Source of the DNA: Candidatus Fermentibacterota bacterium
GTDB lineage: Bacteria > Fermentibacterota > Fermentibacteria > Fermentibacterales > Fermentibacteraceae
NCBI GenBank assembly: GCA_963718745.1
Contig: OY970370.1
Span: 1,402,785 to 1,466,784, forward strand
DNA: 64,000 nucleotides
Reading direction: 5' to 3'
Every line of letters begins with the position of its first letter. Position 1 is the stretch's first letter. The position numbers and the translations under genes were made by a program. This document shows positions 36,819-51,539 of the stretch, in pieces. The notes under the pieces are model-generated. The model saw only the letters and a list, made by a program, of their open reading frames with translations, ran no database searches and had not been told where the DNA came from.

Positions 36819-37796
36819 CTAACCTCTCGGAAGGCGCTTCTGAAGGCGCATCTTGTCCAGACCGGCGGCCTTTGCGGATAGCAGGATCCTGAGATGGGAC
36901 ATCTCCATCTCCCTCTTCAGGAGGAAGGCTGCCAGCGGGGTAGGTCCGAACAGCTCGAAGGAGCAGGTGTCCAGAATGTCCAGCAGGATCCTCTCGCACT
37001 CGCGCTCCAGCTCGAGGAAGGATCTGCTGGTGATGGCATCCCTCACGAACGGAACGAGCCTTTCGAGATCCCTGATCTCTGCGACGAGTTCGGGGAGCGT
37101 GCCTCCGGCGGAAGCCCCGGCGAAGCCTTCTGCACCGATCGTGCCTCCCTCCAGCAGGATGGAGGCGGATATCTCCTGCCTGCGTCCGGAAACGACGAAT
37201 CTCAGGCAGGTGATCAGGTTCCTCATGTCGATCTGGGTTTCGAGGTACCGCCCGAGGTCCGGATCGATCGAGGGAAGCTCCGAAAGCTCAAGCCTCACGG
37301 CCATCCTGTCCAGGATCCCGTCGACCGCGAGGGGGGACGGCTCCCTCAGGGAGGCCAGCTCCTCCGCTGCGGCGGCCATGACGGGAGGAAGGTGCGAGCG
37401 TTCCTCTTCCTCGAACAGGGCTCCGGACAGGACCGAATGCTCGATGAGGCCGGGCTTCTCCAGGGCGGGCTCCGGACCATCCGCCCCGCAGAGGGCGGCC
37501 TTCCAGAGATAACGCGCGTTCCTCGCGTCCCGTCTGTGCAGGATGCCCCTGACCAGGCCCGGATCCTCCGCGAGTTCGGTCAGCTCCTGCTCGGTTGCCG
37601 AGAGCGCGGCATCGAAGACAGCCTCGAAGGCACCCTGGGCCAGGCCGGGGAAGCGCCCGTACCAGGTGTCGGAGAGGAGCCGGGACGCCTCGGTCGCATC
37701 CGATGCGGAGAGGAGCATCTGCCAGGTCCTGGTGTTCAGCAGGTCCTTCTCCAGTGCGCCGACCCTGCCGTTGGGGAAGAGGTAGAGGTTGCTCAT
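36819..37796 (-). CDS. atpC: A/V-type ATPase subunit C (eukaryotic d-like)
   Basis: 325 aa, helical, in the operon position between E and F. Confidence 0.8.
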   Translation of the reverse strand: MSNLYLFPNGRVGALEKDLLNTRTWQMLLSASDATEASRLLSDTWYGRFPGLAQGAFEAVFDAALSATEQELTELAEDPGLVRGILHRRDARNARYLWKAALCGADGPEPALEKPGLIEHSVLSGALFEEEERSHLPPVMAAAAEELASLREPSPLAVDGILDRMAVRLELSELPSIDPDLGRYLETQIDMRNLITCLRFVVSGRRQEISASILLEGGTIGAEGFAGASAGGTLPELVAEIRDLERLVPFVRDAITSRSFLELERECERILLDILDTCSFELFGPTPLAAFLLKREMEMSHLRILLSAKAAGLDKMRLQKRLPRG

Positions 37797-38380
37797 CCGT
37801 CGTGCCCGGAGAGCAGCGGCGAGAGTTCCATGACGATACGCTCCCGCTCCAGGGAGGCCAGCATCGAGAATGTGGCGTTAAGGCTGACTCCTCCGGAGGT
37901 CATCACCACTCCGCCTCGGCCGTTGTGCCGGAGCGGGGAAAGATGGAAGGACCTGCCGGGGCTGGAAGCCCGGTCGAGCAGGTCGGGGGTGATGCGGCTC
38001 TCGTCCGTGGGGGATATCCTGACCTCGATGTCCCCCTGCATCCGGCAGCTCGCGAGGATTGACGAGACAAGGCTCCTGTACTCGTCATCGGGCAGCCCGG
38101 CGAGCCTTTCGACTGCCAGGGAGATGGACCGGTCCAGGAGCGTGCGCCGCGCGTTCTCGACCATCCGGCCGGCTTCCCGTACGGCATGGAAACGGAGCCT
38201 TGCTTCGAGGTCCGACGAATCCCGTGAAATCTTCTCGAGCGCCCTGGCGAACTCCTCCTCGAGCCTTTTCCGTGCTCCGTCGAGAGCCGACCGGCGCTCG
38301 GACTCGGCTGCCGCGGCGAGAGAGGCAGCCTCTGCCGCCGCGTCTTCCCTGATCCTGCCCGCGATGTTGTCCAGAGACAT
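37793..38380 (-). CDS. atpE: A/V-type ATPase subunit E
   Basis: 195 aa with an N-terminal long helix and a C-terminal globular domain (GGVVMTSGGVSLNATF). Confidence 0.8.
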   Translation of the reverse strand: MSLDNIAGRIREDAAAEAASLAAAAESERRSALDGARKRLEEEFARALEKISRDSSDLEARLRFHAVREAGRMVENARRTLLDRSISLAVERLAGLPDDEYRSLVSSILASCRMQGDIEVRISPTDESRITPDLLDRASSPGRSFHLSPLRHNGRGGVVMTSGGVSLNATFSMLASLERERIVMELSPLLSGHDG

Positions 38381-38390
38381 CCCGGCCGGC

Positions 38391-38834
38391 CTACGGAAGC
38401 ATGAGGAAGGAGACGAGGAAGCCGAGGATCGCGTAGAACTCGACGAATACTGCTAGAATGAGGCCCTTGGTCGCGTCTGCGGGCTGCTTGGAGGCGAGGG
38501 CGACGCCCGAGACGCCCACCTTGGCCTGGTGGATTGCGGACAGGAGCCCTGCGAATGCGACGGGGATGCCGGCCAGGAAAGCCTGCCAGGCGAACGCAGG
38601 CGTCAGGACCTGGGTCGCCTGTATCCTGCCGAGCAGCAGGAATGCGATGACGAACCCATAGATTCCCTGCGTCCCCGGAAGCGCCACGAGCAGCAGGAGC
38701 TTTCCGAACTTCTTCGGATCGACGCTGAGGACGCCGGCCGCCGCCTGGCCCACCATGCCGACGCCGATGGCGGATCCGATACCGGCGAGTGCGACGGCCA
38801 GAGCGACTCCGGAGTATGCCAAGAACTCGTTCAC
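38391..38834 (-). CDS. atpK: A/V-type ATPase proteolipid subunit K (duplicated, 4-TM c subunit)
   Basis: 147 aa, closely resembling my recollection of Enterococcus hirae NtpK (GIGSA.GVGM, LPGTQG.YGFVIAFL, VE.YAILGF). Confidence 0.9.
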   Translation of the reverse strand: MNEFLAYSGVALAVALAGIGSAIGVGMVGQAAAGVLSVDPKKFGKLLLLVALPGTQGIYGFVIAFLLLGRIQATQVLTPAFAWQAFLAGIPVAFAGLLSAIHQAKVGVSGVALASKQPADATKGLILAVFVEFYAILGFLVSFLMLP

Positions 38835-40855
38835 CTGTTACTCCCTTCGGGATTCTTACGGATGATGTTGATATACTGCGGTTTATAGCGTAGTGGCACG
38901 AACGGCGCACCGGTGCCCTCGTAGAACTTTCCGAAGAACTCGACGAACTGGAGCCTTGCTGTGTGTATGAAGCCGCCCAGTATCCCCATGGACAGGTTGA
39001 AGGCGTGCCCGAAGACCAGGACGGGGATCGAGACTAGGAGCCCGACGCCGGGGATGTCGGTGCCGGGGAGCATCCCTGAGATCTGGTTCACGACGGTCGC
39101 GATGATCCCTCCGGAGAGGGAGAGGGCGAACAGCCGGGAGTAGGACAGCGCGTCCGCGAGGATGTTCACGATGCCGTACGCCGCCATGGCTCCGAGACCG
39201 ACCTTCCCGAATCCCTTCGCTTCACGCCCGCCCATCACGAAGATCAGCACCGCGCCTGCGAGCAGACTCTTGAGGAAGATCCCGTCCAGAGGACCTTCGA
39301 TGTCATAGAGGACCCCGTTCAGCAGATAATGGTTGAAGAGCCATGGGAAGAGCCCCAGGGATGACAGGAGCCAGCCGCCCTGTTCCAGGATCGCGGTCGC
39401 CCGCTCGCCTGCGCGCCATCGCTTCAGGAAGTTGATGACGACACCGGTCAGGAGCTGGACCACGCCGAGCGCCATGGCGACATAGAGGAACTGCTTGGAG
39501 AGGCCGAACTGCCCTCCTCCGGGGACGAGAGAATCGAGGAGCCCGGCGGGAGCGGTCATCCAGGGGGGGAGGACCGCCCTGTCGATGCCGAAGAATGCCC
39601 CGAGGAACACTCCGACCAGGATGGTGGCAATCCCGCCCTGGAATAGCACCCCGAACAGCCTGTTCCTCCGTCCCTTCCTCCTGGCGGACAGGAGGCCCAG
39701 AGCGGAGACGAGGGTGAGCACGAGACCGTACCCGGCGTCCCCGATGCAGATGCCCAGGAAGAGGGCGTAGAAGGGAGCCATCAGAGGCGTGGGATCCGGA
39801 TCGGATGGGGCTGGACTGCCGAACATGTCCGTCAGCATGACGTACGGATCCATCAGGGGGGCCTCGGAAAGGGCCGAGGGGGGAACCTCCCCCTCGAGAG
39901 GCTCGACTCTTTCGACGAATGCGAAGCCAAGAGCGGAGATGTCGGCCTGGAGACGCTCCATGTCATGTTCCCTGACCCAGCCGTGGAGCAGGAAGAGCCT
40001 GTCTCCGACGAGCCCGGCGCTCGATGCGGAGGTCTTCTCCAGAAGGAGACCGGCCGCATCCCTGAGGTCCTCGAACAAGGGGAGCTCCCTGGCGAGGGCT
40101 TTGGCTTCGGAACGGAGCTTCTCGAGACGGTTCCCGAGCGCCCTGCTCCGGAGCATGGCATGGTCCAGCAGGTCGCGGGGAGTTCCCCGGCGATCGCCGA
40201 AGTCGACGGGAGCGAAACCCAGCCGGGCGACTTCCTGCCTCAGCTCCTCGCCAGCCTCCTCGTGGAAGATCACGAGCACCTTCGAGGCTTCGTCCCTGCC
40301 GCCCGGCGACCCGATCTCCTCGACTGCGAGGAGGGGCTCCCGCTCCGAGAGTTCGAGCAGGGACCGGACGGCCCCCTGCGGGCATGTGCCGGCCGTGACC
40401 GCAAAGGAGCCGTGTCTGCCGAGCACGCCGAAGGGGAAGGGCAGATCCGCCCATTTCGAGAGGAAGGCCGTTTCCTCATTCGTTTCATTGAGATCGCCCT
40501 GCCGCTCGGACATGAGCATGGCGACGCGCCAGGCTCTTGTCGCCCTCCAGAGCAGGTCCCCGTCCTCGAGGAGGGCGACCAGCCTCTCGACAGGGATGGA
40601 CCGCGGAACGGCCCCGAATCGCTCATGGAAACTCGGTTTCGGCGAGTGCTCGCGGAGGAATCCGATAACCGCCTCGAGATCGTCTATCCGGCCGGCTAGG
40701 AAGGTCGTGTCCATCCCCGCAGGCAGCAGCCAGTCGGGGGCGTCTTCCCGGGATGCGGGGTGGAATGCCCCGGACGACTCGAGAAGTGCCATCAGCCTGT
40801 CGCGCACCGACGAGTGGCAGACGACGCGGATCCTGGAGACGGGAGCGAGCGCCAA
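38831..40855 (-). CDS. atpI: A/V-type ATPase subunit I (a)
   Basis: 674 aa with a cytoplasmic N-terminal half and a polytopic C-terminal half containing the conserved Arg region (YSRLFALSL). Confidence 0.9.
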   Translation of the reverse strand: MALAPVSRIRVVCHSSVRDRLMALLESSGAFHPASREDAPDWLLPAGMDTTFLAGRIDDLEAVIGFLREHSPKPSFHERFGAVPRSIPVERLVALLEDGDLLWRATRAWRVAMLMSERQGDLNETNEETAFLSKWADLPFPFGVLGRHGSFAVTAGTCPQGAVRSLLELSEREPLLAVEEIGSPGGRDEASKVLVIFHEEAGEELRQEVARLGFAPVDFGDRRGTPRDLLDHAMLRSRALGNRLEKLRSEAKALARELPLFEDLRDAAGLLLEKTSASSAGLVGDRLFLLHGWVREHDMERLQADISALGFAFVERVEPLEGEVPPSALSEAPLMDPYVMLTDMFGSPAPSDPDPTPLMAPFYALFLGICIGDAGYGLVLTLVSALGLLSARRKGRRNRLFGVLFQGGIATILVGVFLGAFFGIDRAVLPPWMTAPAGLLDSLVPGGGQFGLSKQFLYVAMALGVVQLLTGVVINFLKRWRAGERATAILEQGGWLLSSLGLFPWLFNHYLLNGVLYDIEGPLDGIFLKSLLAGAVLIFVMGGREAKGFGKVGLGAMAAYGIVNILADALSYSRLFALSLSGGIIATVVNQISGMLPGTDIPGVGLLVSIPVLVFGHAFNLSMGILGGFIHTARLQFVEFFGKFYEGTGAPFVPLRYKPQYINIIRKNPEGSNR

Positions 40856-40856
40856 C

Positions 40857-41174
40857 TCAGTCGGTCCGTCCGGAGAGGAGCCCGACGAGGATGGCGAAGG
40901 CTCCGTCGACCAGGCGGCTCTCCTTCCCGCCCAGCGAGACGATCCCGTCCTCGGCAGTGCGCAGGAGGGTCTCCCTTTCGGTAGCGATCCCGCCGCGGAC
41001 GGCGGCTTCCCTCCTCCTGGCCTCGGCGCCCGCCCGGCGGGTCAGTTCCTCCTCGAGAGAGGCGATCTCCCCGGGTATCCCGGCCAGCGTCGCGGCTGCC
41101 TTTCTCCTGGCGTCTTCAATCTCTTGCCTGGCCTCCAGCTCGGCCTGCTTCAGGGTGTCGAGGGAGCCTGTCAA
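40857..41174 (-). CDS. A/V-type ATPase small stalk subunit (H/G-like)
   Basis: TTG start. 105 aa, Ala/Glu/Arg-rich coiled coil. First gene of the operon, as in archaeal ahaH. Confidence 0.6.
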   Translation of the reverse strand: MTGSLDTLKQAELEARQEIEDARRKAAATLAGIPGEIASLEEELTRRAGAEARRREAAVRGGIATERETLLRTAEDGIVSLGGKESRLVDGAFAILVGLLSGRTD

Positions 41175-41288
41175 ACCGGTTCCGCCTTTCGACCAAGTGG
41201 TCTTTCTGCTTCAGGCACTTGTGGAAACAACCTGCCAAACACCTTTATGTGAACCATGCATCGCATTGCACTGCGAGTAGTTGTCCTG

Positions 41289-41326
41289 TTCTCCACAGGA
41301 GGAGGTCTTTATCCACATTTTCCACA
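41289..41326 (+). promoter_or_regulatory. cluster of three same-orientation DnaA boxes
   Basis: TTCTCCACA (41289-41297), TTATCCACA (41309-41317, perfect consensus) and TTTTCCACA (41318-41326) read directly. A weaker inverted TGTGGAAAC sits at 41220-41228. Confidence 0.55.
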
Positions 41327-41334
41327 CGGCAGGA

Positions 41335-41697
41335 TCAGGACTCGTGCTCGCCCTCGGGTCTCATCCGGCAGTTGCCCTCGAAGAAGACTCCGTCCTCGAT
41401 GATGAGGGACCGGGTGAAGATGTCGCCTTCGACCCTGGAACCATGCTGGAGCTCGAGCTGCCTGTCCGCCCGGATCGTCCCTATCACGGTCCCGCCCACT
41501 ATCGCCTGGGTCGCGCTCACATCCCCCCTGATCAGCCCGTCGTGTCCCACCGTGAGAGTTCCTGTCACGTCGATCTGGCCTTCGACAGTTCCGTCGACCC
41601 GCAGTCCGCCGTCCATCCGGAGGGTTCCGTTGAACACGCTCCCGGAGCCGACTATCGAATTCATCGAAGACGAACGCGACGAATCATCACGGCTCAT
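41335..41697 (-). CDS. bactofilin (polymer-forming cytoskeletal protein, DUF583)
   Basis: Beta-helical repeat pattern FNGTLRMDGGLRVDGTVEGQIDVTGTLTVGHDGLIRGDVSA... Confidence 0.85.
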   Translation of the reverse strand: MSRDDSSRSSSMNSIVGSGSVFNGTLRMDGGLRVDGTVEGQIDVTGTLTVGHDGLIRGDVSATQAIVGGTVIGTIRADRQLELQHGSRVEGDIFTRSLIIEDGVFFEGNCRMRPEGEHES

Positions 41698-41724
41698 AGC
41701 AGCCTCCCTAGGAACGCCGGATCC

Positions 41725-42051
41725 TCAGGGCCCGGCAAGCTCCGAAATGTTTTCGAGCCTCTGGCGCACGAGCCGTATCTCCTCCAGCAGGACTTCGATC
41801 GAATCGAGCCTGGCCTCGATGCCGCGTGTCGCCGCGAGAGAGTCCTCGAGTAAGGCTACACGCGACGAGAGGGAGCCCGATCCGGCTTCCCCGGCCGCCT
41901 GCCGGACGACGATGTACGCAGCACCCAGGAGGAGGAGTATAGCAAAAACGACCCCGAGCCGCAGCAGAACTAGCATTCGCCCCGAGACCTCGAACTGCCT
42001 CGAAGGCCTGCCTCCGTGCGGGATCAGTGAAACGGTCAGCCCCTTGTTCAT
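41725..42051 (-). CDS. small membrane-anchored coiled-coil protein
   Basis: ATG 42051 (MNKGLTVSLIPHGGRPSRQFEVSG), one TM (VVFAILLLLGAAYIV), then a coiled coil. Resembles the N-terminal part of bactofilin-linked M23 peptidases but has no peptidase domain. Confidence 0.5.
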   Translation of the reverse strand: MNKGLTVSLIPHGGRPSRQFEVSGRMLVLLRLGVVFAILLLLGAAYIVVRQAAGEAGSGSLSSRVALLEDSLAATRGIEARLDSIEVLLEEIRLVRQRLENISELAGP

Positions 42052-42136
42052 GGACGTGTCCCGGTTCGATGCGGCCGGGGTGCGGCCAGGCGTGTTCCAC
42101 CGGTTCCCCGGATCCACCTGATGATGCGTCCCATGA

Positions 42137-43126
42137 TCACAGCCTCTCCATGAGGCCGCGGATGTCCTCCCGGCCAAGGCCGGCTCCAAGGGCGGCCATG
42201 AGGAACAGCCTGAGCTTGTGCCCGTGCATGTCCCCGGCGAGCAGCGCACCGCGCGCCGCAAGGTCCGAGCCGCCTCCGGGATAGCCGTAGACTCCGAGCA
42301 CCCTTCCCACATAGCATCGGCTCACCACGGCCACGATCATGCCCGATGAGCAGGCGTCCCCGGCGGCGTCGGCCACGTCCGGCGGTACGTTCCCCCTGCC
42401 GAAGGCTTCCAGCACAACGGCCCTGTCGCCCTTTTCCATGCAGAAGCGCAGCTCCCTCGCACCGAGACCCGCGGCGACCCTTACAAGCCCGACCCTCTCG
42501 TCCAGTTCGAGCCTTCCCGGCGGGAGGTGGAGGCTCCAGCACGGCCTGTTGACCAGAAAAACCCGATCCTCGTCGACGAACCCGAGCGGACCGTAACCCG
42601 GTGATGCGAAGCTGCTGACATTGCTCGTGTAGGTCTTGGTCACCCTGCCTGCGGCGTGGATCTCGTCGTTCAGCACTACGGCAACTCCGAAGTTATGAAA
42701 ATCCGGACTGGTGGCCGTGAGCAGGGCGCCCCTGACGTTCCTGGGACCGTCCACCCCCAGCTCGGCCGAGCTCCTCATGGCGGCAGTGAAGACGACCGGA
42801 CACTCGGGCCCCAGGCTGATGTCGGCCATGAATGCGCTCTCCTCCAGAGTGTCCGTGCCGTGGGTGACGACTATCCCGTCGTACCTGGCTGATCGCTGGA
42901 GGCCGTCGAGAAAACGGCAGAGCTCCGCCATCCTGGACGGAGTCATGTGGGGGCTCGGCAGGGAGAAGAGCTTGAACTGCTCTATCCGGTAGCCGTCCGG
43001 GACCATTCCCTCGGGCAGCTGGACGTTCCCCTGCTCCGCTCCCGCGGCGGACTCGTCCAGATGGAAACCGCCCGGCCCCGGGACCATCTCTATCGTACCG
43101 CCGGTCGATACCAGCGCGGCTTTCAT
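42137..43126 (-). CDS. ansA: L-asparaginase, type I family
   Basis: Contains STGGTIEM and VTHGTDTLEESAF. 329 aa. Confidence 0.85.
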   Translation of the reverse strand: MKAALVSTGGTIEMVPGPGGFHLDESAAGAEQGNVQLPEGMVPDGYRIEQFKLFSLPSPHMTPSRMAELCRFLDGLQRSARYDGIVVTHGTDTLEESAFMADISLGPECPVVFTAAMRSSAELGVDGPRNVRGALLTATSPDFHNFGVAVVLNDEIHAAGRVTKTYTSNVSSFASPGYGPLGFVDEDRVFLVNRPCWSLHLPPGRLELDERVGLVRVAAGLGARELRFCMEKGDRAVVLEAFGRGNVPPDVADAAGDACSSGMIVAVVSRCYVGRVLGVYGYPGGGSDLAARGALLAGDMHGHKLRLFLMAALGAGLGREDIRGLMERL

Positions 43127-46100
43127 TCCTCCCGCTCCTTCAATCCGTCACTGCCTGGACAGACCGAGCAGGTGCTTCTTGAGTTCGTCGGGGTCGTCCG
43201 CAAGGGCTGTCACTCCGTTGATGAAACCCTCTCTGCCGTGGAGGCCGTCCATCAGGTGGATGAGTTCCGTATCCTTGCTGACGGCCTCGAGCAGCACGGG
43301 ATGCCCCTCGAGCACCCCGAGCAGCTCCTCCCGGGCGGGGTCGAGAGTCCATCGGAGAAGCGTTGCGACAACGTCGGCATTGTCCCTGTAGCGGCGCCTC
43401 ATCTCGGCGCTGATCTCCTCCGCCTCGACAGCCGTGATCTCGCCCTTGCGGCGCCTGATGCTCCGGAACACCTCAGAGGCGGCCTCGAATGCCTCCCGTG
43501 CGGCCTCGGCCACGCCGAGAGGCTCCCGCCCGCTTCCGGACAGCAGCCAGACCCCGTTGAGGCAGTCCCTTATGCCGAGCTCCTGCCTCCGGTCCTCGAA
43601 ATCCAGAGTGACTTCCTCGATGGTAAGGAACAGGGGTCCGAACCTCCTGAGGAATCTGACCTGGGCGACCACTCCGGGTTCCCTGGCGACCCTGTCGAGG
43701 AGGCGGTCGACGAGCTTCTCCCTGTTGCCCAGCCCTGCGACGACGAGTTCGATCCTGCTCATGGCGCGACGGCGCCACAGCGGACGGAAGAGCTGCTTCT
43801 CGGCCGCCTTGAGAGCCAGCACGACACCGGATTCGCCCACCCCGTACGAGCCTGTGGAGAGGCATCTCTGGAAGGCAAGCAGCAGCTCGTCGCCACCGGT
43901 CTCGTTGCCCAGGAAGTCCGCGACTTCGAGGAAACCGTCCGTCAGAGTGTCCAGCTCGGGGGTCCTGGAACCGTCGAGCAGCAGGAGATCGATCAGGCAG
44001 TTCCCCAGAGGGGTGAAAAGCTCCATCCTCCAGGTGCGGCTTGCTGTTTCACCGGATCTGTCCGTCGAACGGCGGGAAAAAACGCGTTCTGCCCGATCGG
44101 CGACGTGCGGTGAGACCAGCCCTTCCCCCTGCTCATGGAGCCTGAACAGCTCCAGCAGCTCGCCCTGTGCGAGGTCGGAGATGGTGCCCAGGCCCTCCCG
44201 CGGGTTCCGGAGCATCTGCGGCCTGGCCAGGAGTCCGGCTCTGGACAGGCCCTCCCAGAGCTTCCGCGCCTGGTGGACGAAGACACGCTGCACCTTCCTG
44301 TCGCCTGTGAGGACTCTCGCGACCTGGGTCGCCTCCTTGAGCAGGATGGCCTCGGACGCCCTGACCGTGCTCCAGCCGGAGTAGACCCCGGAAGCCCAGT
44401 TCTCGGGTATCTCGGGGGCGACTTCGCCCTTCCGGCCGCCCAGGATCCGGATCTTCACGGCGTAGGACTCGATGAGCAGGTGTTCCAGCCGGCTCGCGAC
44501 CTCGTTGAGATACCCAGCACCGGCAGGCAGCCCCTGGACGGACCTCATGGCCTGGGAGGCGATCGACTCGACGAAGAGAGCGAGGGTGCCCGGCTCGTCC
44601 GGGAGTATCTCTATGGCCGTGGGCAGGACCTGCCCGAAGAACGACGACCCCGTCCTGGTCTGCCATCTCGCTATCTGGGGGTCCGCGTCGCTCGCCGAGT
44701 AGGAGGGCATGAGCTGTCTGACGAGGTCCATCATCCTGGTGGGCGTTATCGTGTCCAGTGCCTCGGGGCAGTCCACGAGCGCCGTGATTATCCGGGGAAG
44801 CCCCTTCTCCAGGAACTGGGCAAGCGTGTTGTCGGAGGGGTCCTGCCAGGCGGCCTGTCGACCGAAGGCGGTGCAGAGGGTCCTTACCGTCTCGACAAGG
44901 CTGGAGGCCCTCTCTCCTTCGAGCCCCGGAACCTTCAGGAGGTCCGATATCGAATTGTCGATCGTCTTGGCGCCGTCACCCGTCCTGAAGAGCCTCTTCA
45001 GCAGTTCGTGCTCGGTATCCCGCACGCGGCCCTGCGCGGGCATCCCGTTGTACTCGACAACGGCGGCCGAGAGGTACTCCTCGAAGACGTCGCCCCGTGC
45101 GCTGATCTCCTCGAGGAGGGGAGTGACGATGCGGTCGAGGAACCTGAGCATCCGGGCCTGGGAACCCAGCTTCTCGACTGCGTCGCAGACGGAGCGGAAG
45201 GCGTCCGTTTCCTCGGCGGCGAGAGCGGAGAGCCACTGGGGCGGGATGCTCGATAGCAGCCTGTCTCTGTCTGCCGGGGAGAGGAGGGAGAGGAGCCTTG
45301 CGCACTGGCCCGTCTTCCGGAGGATAACGGCCTTGTCCGGGGTGAGGCTGGTCCGCAGCAGGAGTGCGGCGGACTGGAATATCTCGTGTATCGACAGCGT
45401 GGGGATCGTCAGGACTTCCTCGATTACCTCGAGGCACTCCGAGGGGTCCTGCTGCATCACCAGGGCCTCCAGAACCCTCGCCATGGCATTCCTGTGGGCG
45501 CGGGAAGGATCCTTCTCCTCGGCGTCGTTTCCGACAAGCCTTATCAGCCTGAACCAGGTATCGACGGGATGTATCGGAACGCTCCCCGTCACTCCGGACA
45601 GGAACTCCACCGCGTTGAGGACCTGCGCCTCCTGGACCTGACCCTCGAACTTCTCGATGAGCATCATGAGGACAGACGTGTCGAGCACCCCGCCGCCGGC
45701 GAGTACGGCGAGCTTCACGAGCGCCTCGCCGACCCTGCGCGGGTTGGTGAACGAGCCTCGCAGCGCGGTGACCTGGACTATCATCTCGATCTCGCCCACC
45801 GACTCGAGCGCCCCGTGAACTTCGGGAAGCGTCGCGAGAGCCTCTTCGATGATCTCCCTGTCCTGCTCGCCGAACATCACTCCTGTCACGCGCACTCTGA
45901 CCTCCGCCAGGATCGCGTCCAGGTCGCCGCTCTTCTCAATCTGCCCGAGCACCCCCGCGAGCAGCTGCATGGACTGCTGAGGGATCGCTATGCCTCTCAG
46001 GCGTCTGAGCAGGAGCTCGCCCAGGCGCGCCACCGCCCTCCAGAGTGGCAGGGAGTCGTCGTCCAGGAACTTGCAGCCCATCTCCGCACCGAAGTCCAGG

Positions 46101-46724
46101 AGTGTTTCGCGGGTGTGGGGGGAGGCATCCTTCGTCATGCTCTCGGCCAGCTTAAGCGCCTGGATCACATCCGGTCCGCCAGTGGCGGTCCTGTCCAGCC
46201 AGAAGCAGAAACGCTCGGGCCAGCGGCCCGCCAGCTGGAGGAGGAAGTGTATCATGGGAGAGGACCTCGGCCCCTCGCCGACACCCCTCAGAGCCCTGAA
46301 GAAGAGCGCGAGGACCTTCTCCAGGTCCATCCCGGTCACTGAGCGGAGCTGTTCCCACATCCAGGCGAGCTGGAAGAACTCCATGACCGCCGTGGGATAG
46401 GATGATGGCAGCAGGCCGTTGACGGCGCTCAGCCACTTCCTCACCAGCAGAGGTTCGACAGGAGGAGGGGTCGAGATGAGGGAGAGGCTCTCGACGAGCC
46501 TCTCCCTCGATGCGGCACTCAGTTTGGAGACGATCAGGGATACGTCCGAACAGACCGGCTCCCAGCCCTGCCGGTCGAAGACTCTCAGGCTCGAGAGCTC
46601 CATGACGATTGCTGGATCGACGTGTGAAGAATCCAGCAGTTCGACAGGTAGAGCCGCTTCGGTCCGAACTTCCGGAACTGGAGATGGGCGTGGCTCGTTG
46701 GCCACATGCCACAGCTTCAGTTTC

Positions 46725-51514
<4,790 letters not shown>

Positions 51515-51539
51515 CGCTCGCGATCTACGGTATGACTGC

